Shown: piece by piece, positions 34,168-42,409 of the stretch
Numbering within the stretch: the first letter of the stretch is position 1
Layout: the number at the start of each line of letters is the position of its first letter
NCBI GenBank assembly: GCA_965204865.1
Contig: OZ242027.1
Location: 3,779,986 to 3,843,985, forward strand
Reading direction: 5' to 3'
Length of the DNA: 64,000 nucleotides
DNA from: Dehalococcoidia bacterium
Lineage (GTDB): Bacteria > Chloroflexota > Dehalococcoidia > Lucifugimonadales > UBA3495
Translations under genes and position numbers: made by a program
The notes under the pieces: generated by a model
Seen by the model: the letters and a program-made list of their open reading frames with translations, nothing else
Databases searched by the model: none
What the model was told of the DNA's origin: nothing

Positions 34168-36048
34168 TTGGGAGGTCCAGCCGTGGGATTCAGAAGACTT
34201 CGGTATGTCAAGGCGATAATTCCGCTCATTCTGGCGCTGGCCCTGGCTGCCATCGTCTCCTGCGGCGGGGCGGCTGAGGACGAACCAGAGGCGACCACTG
34301 CGCCCGCGGCCCCGGCAGCCACCACGGCCCCGGCGGCCACCGCGGCTCCGGCGGCGACAACCGCGCCTGCGGCCCCGGCAGCAACGGCGGCCCCGGCGGC
34401 TACCACAGCCCCAGCCGCGACGGCTGCGCCTGCCGCCACTCCCGTGCCGCAGCCCGCGGCCACCAGCGCGCCCGCTCCCGCTGCGTCGCACACGCCGACG
34501 GGCGAACTTCGGGTGGCGATGGCGACCTTCGGCAACGAACGGTGGCTGCCCGGCGCATCGGCGGGCGCAGAGGCCACTTCCATGCATTCCATCTTCGAGA
34601 ACCTGCTTACCCGCGACCCTAGTACCGGCGACAACGTGGGTGAGCTGGCAGAGTCCTGGGAGATTCGCGACGGCGGCCTGGTCTGGGAGTTCCGTCTCCG
34701 CGAAGGCGCCCAGTGGCACAACGACAATGGTCCGGTGACCGCTGAGGACGTACAGTTCTCCTTTGAGAGGTTCGGGGCGGAGGACAGCGCCAATGCCCGG
34801 GCCCACCTGTTCCGCAAGATTGGCGGCTTCGAAATCGTCGACCCGCAGACCATCATCGTCAACTTCAAAGAGCCGGAAATTCTCTTCCACGGCGACCTCA
34901 ATTCGGGAATCCCCGGCACCCAGTACATTTACCCGAAGAACTACGTTGAGTCGGTGGGCGACGAGGTTGCCGACGTGGAGCCCATTGCCTCCGGTCCATA
35001 CAAAATGGTGAACCACGACCGCGGCGTGCGGATGGACTTCGAGGCGGTGGAAGGCCACTGGAAGCTGACCCCGGCCTTCGCCAACATGAGCTTCCTGAAG
35101 ACAGTTGAAAACTCCACCCGCGTGGCCCAGTTGCGCGCCGGCACGGTGGACATCATCGGCATCGGCGTGGACTTCGCCAACGAACTGAAGGCGGCTGAGG
35201 TGGAGATCAAGTCTGTGCCAGGGTTCGCCACAGTGGGCATCACCCTGGGCGGACAGTGGGAGACCAAGCCGACCTACGATCCCACGGTGCCTTGGGCGCA
35301 AGCCGACAAGGAACGCGCCTACAAAGTCCGCAAAGCCCTGGCCTTGGCCATTGACAAAGACACTGTCGTAGACGTGGCCCTAGGCGGTCTGGGCCAGGCC
35401 AACGTCTCCCTGCCCTTCTACTTCCAAGGCGAGCCCTGGACACTACCGGAGTTTGCGCCCATCGGCTATGACCCGGACGAGGCCCGTAGGCTACTGGCGG
35501 AGGCCGGCCACGAGGGGTGCTGGGAGTTCACCATAAACCTGGTGCCATGGCCGGGCCGCGCCTTCCTGCCGGCCGTTGGCGAGGCGGTGGCAACCCAGTG
35601 GGAGGCCAACCTGGGCTGCAAGATAACCCGGCGGCCTTTGGACCGGGCGGTGTTCGCCACCGACTTCCGGGAGCGAACCTATCCCGGCGTGGCGGTACCC
35701 TACGCCATGCCCTTCGTGGGGCGGGAACCGTGGCAACTGCTGCGGCTCAACTCCCACATTGACGGCGCGGCAATGCTGGCCTACGAGGACCAGACGTTCA
35801 GCGATTACCTGGATGAACTCGGCTCCACCGCCGACTTCGACAAGCGGATAACTCTGATGCAGGAAATGGGCCGGCATATGTACTCGCAGTTGCCGCGCAT
35901 TGAAATTGCAGAGGTGTTCGGCATCTTCGGCGTCGGCGAGTCTGTGAAGACCTGGGAGACCGCCCCGGGCAACGGCTTCATACATAACACCGCATACGTC
36001 AACCTGAACTGGGCTCCGCCGGGACAGCCGGTGACGCTGGCCGAGTAA
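34168..36048 (+). CDS. ABC transporter substrate-binding lipoprotein (family 5, peptide/nickel type)
   Basis: Lipobox LAAIVSC, then a long Ala/Thr/Pro linker, then SBP_bac_5-type core motifs. Confidence 0.9.
   Translation: MGGPAVGFRRLRYVKAIIPLILALALAAIVSCGGAAEDEPEATTAPAAPAATTAPAATAAPAATTAPAAPAATAAPAATTAPAATAAPAATPVPQPAATSAPAPAASHTPTGELRVAMATFGNERWLPGASAGAEATSMHSIFENLLTRDPSTGDNVGELAESWEIRDGGLVWEFRLREGAQWHNDNGPVTAEDVQFSFERFGAEDSANARAHLFRKIGGFEIVDPQTIIVNFKEPEILFHGDLNSGIPGTQYIYPKNYVESVGDEVADVEPIASGPYKMVNHDRGVRMDFEAVEGHWKLTPAFANMSFLKTVENSTRVAQLRAGTVDIIGIGVDFANELKAAEVEIKSVPGFATVGITLGGQWETKPTYDPTVPWAQADKERAYKVRKALALAIDKDTVVDVALGGLGQANVSLPFYFQGEPWTLPEFAPIGYDPDEARRLLAEAGHEGCWEFTINLVPWPGRAFLPAVGEAVATQWEANLGCKITRRPLDRAVFATDFRERTYPGVAVPYAMPFVGREPWQLLRLNSHIDGAAMLAYEDQTFSDYLDELGSTADFDKRITLMQEMGRHMYSQLPRIEIAEVFGIFGVGESVKTWETAPGNGFIHNTAYVNLNWAPPGQPVTLAE
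34291..34488 (+). repeat. coding low-complexity tandem tract (ATTAPAAPA-type linker)
   Basis: Iterated TTAPAAPAA / TAAPAATTAP units immediately after the lipobox Cys. Confidence 0.8.
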
Positions 36049-36060
36049 TAGAAGGGAGCA

Positions 36061-36155
36061 GTCTGAACTGTGATTCGTTTGATTAAGTGATTGCCATGAT
36101 TTGGCGCCCACCCGAATCAGCGTAATCAGCTAATCACAAAAATCACAGTTCAGAC
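36061..36155. repeat. Family C MITE-like element, copy C4 (between SBP and permease genes)
   Basis: GTCTGAACTGTGATT...AATCACAGTTCAGAC. Lies 12 nt after the SBP stop and 8 nt before the permease ATG. Confidence 0.85.
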
Positions 36156-36163
36156 AACAGCCT

Positions 36164-37081
36164 ATGACGCGATACATCGCTTTGCGATTTGTTCAGGCCA
36201 TCATCAGCCTGCTGGTGGTGATGACCATTGTCTTCATGCTGTCCCGGCTGTCCGGCGACCCGGTGCAGCTCCTGGCCGACATCAGCGCCAGCGAAGAGCA
36301 GATGGAGGCCATTCGCAAAGACTTGGGGCTGGACCGTCCTCTGGCGGTGCAGTGGGGCGCCTACGTCCGGGATATGTTCGTCTTCGACCTGGGCGAATCG
36401 GTGACCAGCCGCCAGCCGGTCAGGGAGCTAATCTGGCAGCGGCTGCCCAACACCTTGCAGTTGGGCTTCGCGGCCATGGCCATCAGCATAATCATCGGCC
36501 TGCCCATCGGCATCTACGCGGCGGTGAATCGGGGCACCCGGTGGGACGGGGTGGCCCGGCTGTTCGCCGTGCTGGGCCAGTCCATGCCCTCCTTCTGGCT
36601 GGGGGTGCTGCTCATCCTCATCTTCGCCGTGGTTCTGGGCGTGCTGCCGCCAGGGGGCAAGGAAAGCCCCCAGAGCATCATCCTGCCAGCCGTTTCCATG
36701 GGCTACCTGACCACGGCGGCGATAATGCGCCTCACCCGCTCCAGTATGCTGGACGTGTTGAACGCGGAATACATCAAGCTGGCGCGCATCAAGGGACTGA
36801 GCGAGACCAAGGTTATCTGGAAGCACGCGCTGAAGAACTCCCTCATCCCGGTGATAACCTTCTCGGTGGTGCTGTTCACCCTGTTCCTGGGCGCGGCGGT
36901 GGTGACGGAAACGGTCTTCGCCTGGCCCGGCCTGGGCAGCCTGATACTGGACGGCGTGCGCACCCGTGACTACCCGCTGATACAGGGCGGCGTGGTGGTG
37001 TTCAGCGCCATATACATCCTGGCCAACCTGCTGGTGGACATACTGTATGGGTATCTCGATCCCAGAATCCGTCTGACGTAG
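36164..37081 (+). CDS. ABC transporter permease (DppB/OppB-like)
   Basis: MTRYIALRFVQAIISLLVV and an EAA-like loop, YIKLARIKGLSETKVIWKHALKN. Confidence 0.9.
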   Translation: MTRYIALRFVQAIISLLVVMTIVFMLSRLSGDPVQLLADISASEEQMEAIRKDLGLDRPLAVQWGAYVRDMFVFDLGESVTSRQPVRELIWQRLPNTLQLGFAAMAISIIIGLPIGIYAAVNRGTRWDGVARLFAVLGQSMPSFWLGVLLILIFAVVLGVLPPGGKESPQSIILPAVSMGYLTTAAIMRLTRSSMLDVLNAEYIKLARIKGLSETKVIWKHALKNSLIPVITFSVVLFTLFLGAAVVTETVFAWPGLGSLILDGVRTRDYPLIQGGVVVFSAIYILANLLVDILYGYLDPRIRLT

Positions 37082-37120
37082 GGCTGTCGGAATCAGGATA
37101 GGAGTTAGGCAGTCGGAGAT

Positions 37121-37182
37121 TTCACCCCCACCCCCCGCTTTCGCGGGGGCAGGCTCTAACCCTCCCCCTCAAGGGGGAGGGG
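37121..37182. repeat. Family D' repeat carrying an extra inner hairpin
   Basis: TTCACCCCCACC[CCCCGCTTTCGCGGGGGCAGGCT]CTAACCCTCCCCCTCAAGGGGGAGGGG. Confidence 0.85.
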
Positions 37183-37213
37183 ATGGTTGGATATTGGCGA
37201 TGTGGAGTGAGCC

Positions 37214-38269
37214 GTGGCCGTAGTCGTTCTCGAACCGCCCCAGCGTAGACCGGGGGACTGGATAGGCTTCACCTATCGCGGCCTGCGCCAGTTGCCGTTG
37301 CTGCCTTCGGCCATTCTGATTCTGCTGCTGGTGACCGCCATCTTCGCCAACTTCATCGCCCCGCACTCGCCTACCCGGGGCGAATTGCAGGACAGCCTGA
37401 CTCCCCCGGTCTGGATGGGACAAAGCGTGGCGGAGACCAGGACAGTGGTGGAAGGGCGCGCTCTCGACTTCATCACCCAAATCAGCCTCAGTGAGGCCCA
37501 GCAGGAAATTGAAGAGGGCAAGGCCCGGGTGGCCGGCGGGGGTGAGCTGGTTCCCGGCGTCGAGTTGGAGCTCCTTCGCCCCGGCGGTTCCTGGACATAC
37601 ATCCTGGGCACCGACCTCCAAGGCCGCGACGTGTTGAGCCGCGTGATTCACGGCACCCGTCCCTCCCTGATTGTCTCCATCGTTGCGATTCTGGTGGCGG
37701 GAAGCATCGGCACTACCATCGGCCTGATTGCAGGATTCCGGGGCGGGCTGGCCGACGCTATCCTGATGCGTCTGACCGACATCGTGCTATCCATGCCGCT
37801 CATCCTCATCGCGGTGGTGGTGGCAGCCATCACCCAGCCCTCGTTGCAGAACATCATCATTATCATTGGTCTGCTGCTGTGGCCCCGGTTTGCCCGGCAG
37901 GTGCGCGGCGAGGCGCTGGCGCTGAAGCAGCAGGACTTCGTGGCCCGGGCGGTTGTGGCGGGCAGTTCCGGGCTGCGGATCAGCGTGAAGCACATACTGC
38001 CCAACATCGTACCTTCGCTGCTGGTGATTTCCACCCTGCAAGTGGGCTACGTCATACTGCTGGAAGGCTCTCTGAGCTTCCTGGGCGTGGGCGTGCCTCC
38101 GCCGCAACCGGCGTGGGGCCTGATGATAGCCGACGGCCGCGGCCTGCTGGCGACGGCCTGGTGGACGGCGCTGTTCCCGGGCATCGCCATGGCGCTGACG
38201 GTGCTGTCGGTCAACCTGTTCGGCGACTGGCTGCGCGACAAGCTGGACCCGCGGCTGCGCCAGATTTAG
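37214..38269 (+). CDS. ABC transporter permease (DppC/OppC-like)
   Basis: GTDLQGRDVLSRVIHG and FVARAVVAGSSGLRISVKHILPN. GTG start. Confidence 0.9.
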   Translation: MAVVVLEPPQRRPGDWIGFTYRGLRQLPLLPSAILILLLVTAIFANFIAPHSPTRGELQDSLTPPVWMGQSVAETRTVVEGRALDFITQISLSEAQQEIEEGKARVAGGGELVPGVELELLRPGGSWTYILGTDLQGRDVLSRVIHGTRPSLIVSIVAILVAGSIGTTIGLIAGFRGGLADAILMRLTDIVLSMPLILIAVVVAAITQPSLQNIIIIIGLLLWPRFARQVRGEALALKQQDFVARAVVAGSSGLRISVKHILPNIVPSLLVISTLQVGYVILLEGSLSFLGVGVPPPQPAWGLMIADGRGLLATAWWTALFPGIAMALTVLSVNLFGDWLRDKLDPRLRQI

Positions 38270-38298
38270 CAAAGGTCTTTCTATTCTCCGCGCAAAAT

Positions 38299-38384
38299 GT
38301 CTGAACTGTGATTCATGGGATTAATGGATTAGCGTGATTTTTAAATCATGGGAATCATGGAATCAGAGAAACCACAGTTCAGAC
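38299..38384. repeat. Family C MITE-like element, copy C5
   Basis: GTCTGAACTGTGATT...AACCACAGTTCAGAC. Confidence 0.85.
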
Positions 38385-38402
38385 GAAGAATCGAAAGACC
38401 TT

Positions 38403-38620
38403 GCAGATTTAGCAGGGCAATCGCGTCTTAAAAGGCGGAGGCCCCATAACCCGTCATTCCGGCGAAAGCCGGAATCCAGAGGGTTGGCCGCCCTTGAAAT
38501 AAGTTATGGAGAAGGCTGCCTGGATTCCGGCTTTCGCCGGAATGACGGCACTTTCGCGCTGGCGCCAGCCTGACCAGAGAGCAGAAAGTTAAGACGCGAT
38601 TGCCCTGGGAGATTTAGCAG
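38403..38620. repeat. nested palindrome: 19-bp outer inverted repeat enclosing a family A pair
   Basis: CAGGGCAATCGCGTCTTAA (38413..38431) and its exact reverse complement (38589..38607) flank family A units at 38451..38479 and 38519..38547. AGATTTAGCAG is a direct repeat at both outer ends. Confidence 0.85.
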
Positions 38621-38697
38621 TGGAGGCCAATGGAGATATGCGGCCAGTGGTATAATGGAAGTCGCGCGCCGCCATTGTCCGCGCATTTCAGACCCGT

Positions 38698-39006
38698 GTG
38701 TTTCCAAAGTATCGGCCAAGTGGGTTTAAGGACATGAGCGTCGAAGCCATAGCATGGTTATTCTTCGTCGGAGCGGTATTCCTCGGGATAATCGTCGCAG
38801 CGTTTCTGTGGCTACTGAGAACAATATACTCGGAAAGCCGCGACCTCCGGGTGGATATGAGGACGGAAGTCAAATGGCTGCGGGAGGACAATACCAGACT
38901 ACGCGAAGATAATTCCAGGTTGCGCAAGGAGATACGGGAAGAAAGAGGCAAGTTGCGCTCGGAATTGCTGGCGGAAATCCGCGCCCGCCAGCGCAGGGTG
39001 GCGTGA
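38698..39006 (+). CDS. small N-terminally anchored coiled-coil protein
   Basis: TM helix IAWLFFVGAVFLGIIVAAFLWLL, then LREDNTRLREDNSRLRKEIREERGKLR. The start codon is uncertain (GTG at 38698 or ATG at 38734). Confidence 0.45.
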   Translation: MFPKYRPSGFKDMSVEAIAWLFFVGAVFLGIIVAAFLWLLRTIYSESRDLRVDMRTEVKWLREDNTRLREDNSRLRKEIREERGKLRSELLAEIRARQRRVA

Positions 39007-39077
39007 AACCGCCCGGAAGCGGACATAATCGCCTTCCGCGATGCTATCCGCCGTTGATTATTAGGCTTGAATCAGTA

Positions 39078-39106
39078 TTGACAACGCCCTATGCAACGGC
39101 TTAAAT
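39078..39106 (+). promoter_or_regulatory. sigma70-type promoter candidate upstream of the DUF1800 gene
   Basis: TTGACA, a 17-nt spacer, then TTAAAT. Followed by a 9-bp-stem hairpin, GGGCAAGCG...CGCTTGCCC (39122..39151). Confidence 0.45.
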
Positions 39107-39260
39107 GGATGAGTGAGTAAAGGGCAAGCGGCCTTGTGCCTTCGCTTGCCCGTTGTTCGATTACCGAGTATCCCCTGCCCGGCGGGATATTCACCCACTA
39201 CGAGGACTGAAACAGCGACAAAAGGCCAAGACTAGAACGAAGCCGAAAAAGGAGGAATGG

Positions 39261-40700
39261 ATGTCGCATCACGAAGCATCTCAGGAAGACATTGCGCTGA
39301 TGGCGCACCTGCTGCGGCGGGCAGGCTTTGGCGCCAGCCGCGACGAGATCGAGGCCAGGGCGCACCAAGGCTATGACGCTGTGGTTGAAGAGCTGCTCAA
39401 CCCCGCCGATGACCCCGGCATCGATGAAGACCTGATGTATCGCGCCTATCCGTCGTATTTCGACAAGGCCGCTATCGAGACGGGCCAGACCGAGATCGTC
39501 TACCGGATGATCAACAACAAGCACCAGTTGAAAGAGAAGATGGCCCTCTTCTGGCACACCATTCTCTGCGCCGGCGACAACAAGGTGGACAACGCCCGCA
39601 CCACCTCTATGCAGTACGACACCTTCCGCGAGAAGGGCATGGGCAACTTCAAGGAGCTGCTGCTGTGGCTCTCCACCGACCCGGCGATGCTGTACTACCT
39701 GGACAACATCGAGAGCCACAAGACGGCGGTCAACGAGAACTATGGACGCGAGCTGCTGGAGCTGTTCTCCCTCGGCGTCGGCATGGACCAGGAGTTCAAC
39801 TACACCGAGGACGACGTAAAGGCCTGCGCCCGCGCCTTCACCGGCTGGAACCTGGCCCCGACGATCCCGGTCTTCCCCTATGGCCGCACCCCCTTCGAGT
39901 TCCGCTTCGACCCGGCCGACCACGACTACGGCGAAAAGACCTTCCTGGGCGAGACCGGCAACTGGAACGGTGACGACGTCGTTGACATCATCTGCAAGCA
40001 GCCCGCCGCCGCCCGGTTCGTAGCCCGCAAGCTCTACGACTTCTTCGTGGCCGACGAGCCGCCGGTTCCGGCGTGGCGCCTGAGCGAGCCGCGGGACATC
40101 GAAGCGATCAAGCAACTGGAGCAGGCTTACTTCGACTCCGGCTACGAGATCAAGGCAATGCTGGAAGTGCTGTTCAAGAGCGACTTCTTCAAGGCCGAGG
40201 GAGTCCGCTACGCCAAGGTGAAGAGCCCGGCCGACGTGGTCATCGGCACCATGCGCATGGCCCAGGACCACACCGAGCCCAAGCCCGGCCTGTTCTTCGT
40301 GGCCATGGAGCCGAAGTACATGGGGATGGACCTGCTCAACCCGCCCACCGTCGAAGGCTGGCACATGGGCCGCGAGTGGATTAACAGCGGCAGCCTCATC
40401 GACCGCATCAACTTCGCCTCCAAGGTGCTGGGCGACACCAGCCTGCCCGGCGTGCAGTCCATGGTCAACCGGCTGATGGCCCAAGGCGAAAGCCTGACCG
40501 CCGAGCAGATGGTTGACGGCTGCCTCGACCTGGTCGGCCCGCTGACCATCTCCGACGAGACCCACAGGGAGCTGGTGGGCCATGTGGCCCAGGGAGGCGA
40601 GTTGCGCCACGGCACCGAAGAAGAGCAGGCCGACTTCGCCCGCCGCGCCGGCGAGACCTTCCAGATGATTGCCACCACCTCGGAGTTCCAGTTCGGCTAA
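39261..40700 (+). CDS. DUF1800 domain-containing protein
   Basis: IALMAHLLRRAGFGASRDEIEA and a conserved core. AAAGGAGGAA precedes the ATG. No signal peptide. Confidence 0.85.
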   Translation: MSHHEASQEDIALMAHLLRRAGFGASRDEIEARAHQGYDAVVEELLNPADDPGIDEDLMYRAYPSYFDKAAIETGQTEIVYRMINNKHQLKEKMALFWHTILCAGDNKVDNARTTSMQYDTFREKGMGNFKELLLWLSTDPAMLYYLDNIESHKTAVNENYGRELLELFSLGVGMDQEFNYTEDDVKACARAFTGWNLAPTIPVFPYGRTPFEFRFDPADHDYGEKTFLGETGNWNGDDVVDIICKQPAAARFVARKLYDFFVADEPPVPAWRLSEPRDIEAIKQLEQAYFDSGYEIKAMLEVLFKSDFFKAEGVRYAKVKSPADVVIGTMRMAQDHTEPKPGLFFVAMEPKYMGMDLLNPPTVEGWHMGREWINSGSLIDRINFASKVLGDTSLPGVQSMVNRLMAQGESLTAEQMVDGCLDLVGPLTISDETHRELVGHVAQGGELRHGTEEEQADFARRAGETFQMIATTSEFQFG

Positions 40701-40716
40701 ACCACTTCCCCTCATT

Positions 40717-40753
40717 CCCTCCCCCTGAGGGGGAGGGTCAGGGTGGGGGTGAA
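40717..40753. repeat. Family D' repeat
   Basis: CCCTCCCCCTGAGGGGGAGGGTCAGGGTGGGGGTGAA. Confidence 0.9.
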
Positions 40754-40880
40754 TGGCCAATGACTGGAAATGACACGATTTGGCAGGGTTTCAGAATTTT
40801 CGCCATCCTGAAAATCCTAGAATCCGGTAAATCCTGATTCAGACAAACCATAACAGCACAGACTAAACGGAGGAATAGCG

Positions 40881-42017
40881 ATGGTATCCACCAGCAAGGA
40901 TCCGGTCCTGGCTGTAGTCTCCCTGTCCGGCGGGAACGACGGGATGAACACGGTCATCCCCTACACCAACCCGCGCTACCGCGACTACCGCCCGACCCTG
41001 GGGATCCCCGAAGAGATGATTGTTCCCCTGAACGACACCCTGGGCCTGCACCCGGCCATGGCTCCCTTCAAGAAGTATTGGGACGAGGGCAAGCTGGCCA
41101 TCATCCAGGGCATCGGATACCCCAACGGCAGCCTGTCGCATTTCCGCTCCATGGACATCTGGGCCACCTGTGAGCCGGTGGAGCTGGGCGTGGAAGGCTG
41201 GCTGGGCCGCTTGGTCAAGGAACTGGACCCCAACAAGGAAAACGTGCTGACCGGCGTCAACTTCGGCCGCGGCCTGCCCCGCGCCCTGGCCATGGAAGGC
41301 GTCCCCGTCGCCTCCGTGGGTGACCTGAACAGCTACGGCCTGCTCACCGAGCTGGAGCGGGAAGAGCAGCGGAACGAGGCCCTGGACCTCTTCGGCCGGA
41401 TGTACGGCCCGGCCATCGGGCGCGGCGCGGTGGAAGACTTCATCCGCAGCACCGGCGTTGAGGCCATGATGGGCGCCGACATCCTGGGCACCGCCCCCGG
41501 AATGTACCGGGGCGAGGAAGAATACCTGCTGGGCAACATCGGCGGCTACCTGCGCGACATGGTTCAGGTGCACAACGCCAACCTGGGCACCCGGGTGTTC
41601 TTCACCACGGCCCCCTACAACATCTTCGACACCCACGCCAACCAGGCCGTGGGCCAGTCCAACCTGCTCAACGACGTGGCCCGCAACGTGGACTCCTTCA
41701 TGGCCGACCTGCGGCACCACGGCATAGGCGACAACGTGGTAACGCTGCTCTACTCCGAGTTCGGGCGCCGCGCCATGGACAACGGCTCCGGCACCGACCA
41801 CGGCACCGGCGGCGTGGCCTTCGTCATCGGCGAGAACGTCAAGGGCGGCCTCTACGGCGAGTACCCGTCCCTGGAGCCCAACGAGCTGGAAGACGGCGGC
41901 AACCTGCTGCACAACAACGACTTCCGCTCCACCTACGCCACCCTGCTGGAGAACTGGATGGGCGTGGACTCCAAGCCCATCGTTGGCGGAACCTGGGAGA
42001 AGCACGACTTCATCTAA
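40881..42017 (+). CDS. DUF1501 domain-containing (sulfatase-fold) protein
   Basis: VLAVVSLSGGNDGMNTVIPY and GTDHGTGGVAFVIG. No Tat or Sec leader. Confidence 0.85.
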   Translation: MVSTSKDPVLAVVSLSGGNDGMNTVIPYTNPRYRDYRPTLGIPEEMIVPLNDTLGLHPAMAPFKKYWDEGKLAIIQGIGYPNGSLSHFRSMDIWATCEPVELGVEGWLGRLVKELDPNKENVLTGVNFGRGLPRALAMEGVPVASVGDLNSYGLLTELEREEQRNEALDLFGRMYGPAIGRGAVEDFIRSTGVEAMMGADILGTAPGMYRGEEEYLLGNIGGYLRDMVQVHNANLGTRVFFTTAPYNIFDTHANQAVGQSNLLNDVARNVDSFMADLRHHGIGDNVVTLLYSEFGRRAMDNGSGTDHGTGGVAFVIGENVKGGLYGEYPSLEPNELEDGGNLLHNNDFRSTYATLLENWMGVDSKPIVGGTWEKHDFI

Positions 42018-42125
42018 ACCGCCCGCCGGGTGAAACCCGGCCGGTTCAAGCAGGAAAAGGGAAAGACGCCGGAGCGCAGGCAATGAATATCCTGCGTTCC
42101 GGCAGGATGAAAAGAGAGTACCGAT

Positions 42126-42341
42126 ATGCCAGAAGAAACCGAAGCAACCCAGGAAGAAGGGCGCGGCATCATCCAGTTCCTTTTGGGAATTGTCAGGGCT
42201 GTGATCGGCGCTATCAGGTCTGCAATAACCGGCGCTGTGGACGCGGTCAGAGGCGTCATCAGCTCGCTGATGGAATGGCTGATCAACGCCATCAGTTCCA
42301 TCGCCCAACAGGTTATCGGCCGCCTGGCGACCGAAATCTAA
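42126..42341 (+). CDS. small amphipathic helical protein (71 aa), unknown function
   Basis: Acidic N-terminus, then GIIQFLLGIVRAVIGAIRSAITGAVDAVRGVISSLMEWLINAISSIAQQVIG. Weak purine-rich RBS. GC lower than the flanks. Confidence 0.35.
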   Translation: MPEETEATQEEGRGIIQFLLGIVRAVIGAIRSAITGAVDAVRGVISSLMEWLINAISSIAQQVIGRLATEI

Positions 42342-42409
42342 GGCGCTCCGTGCCCTCGTGACTGCTGGGATCTTTTCCCCGGTAACAGCAACAACTAAGG
42401 AGGCAAGCC

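Noticed and set aside
40790-40844. Possible degenerate seventh copy of the family C element (…AATCCTGATTCAGAC)
   Set aside because: Only a right-end-like motif is present. No matching left terminal repeat could be aligned.
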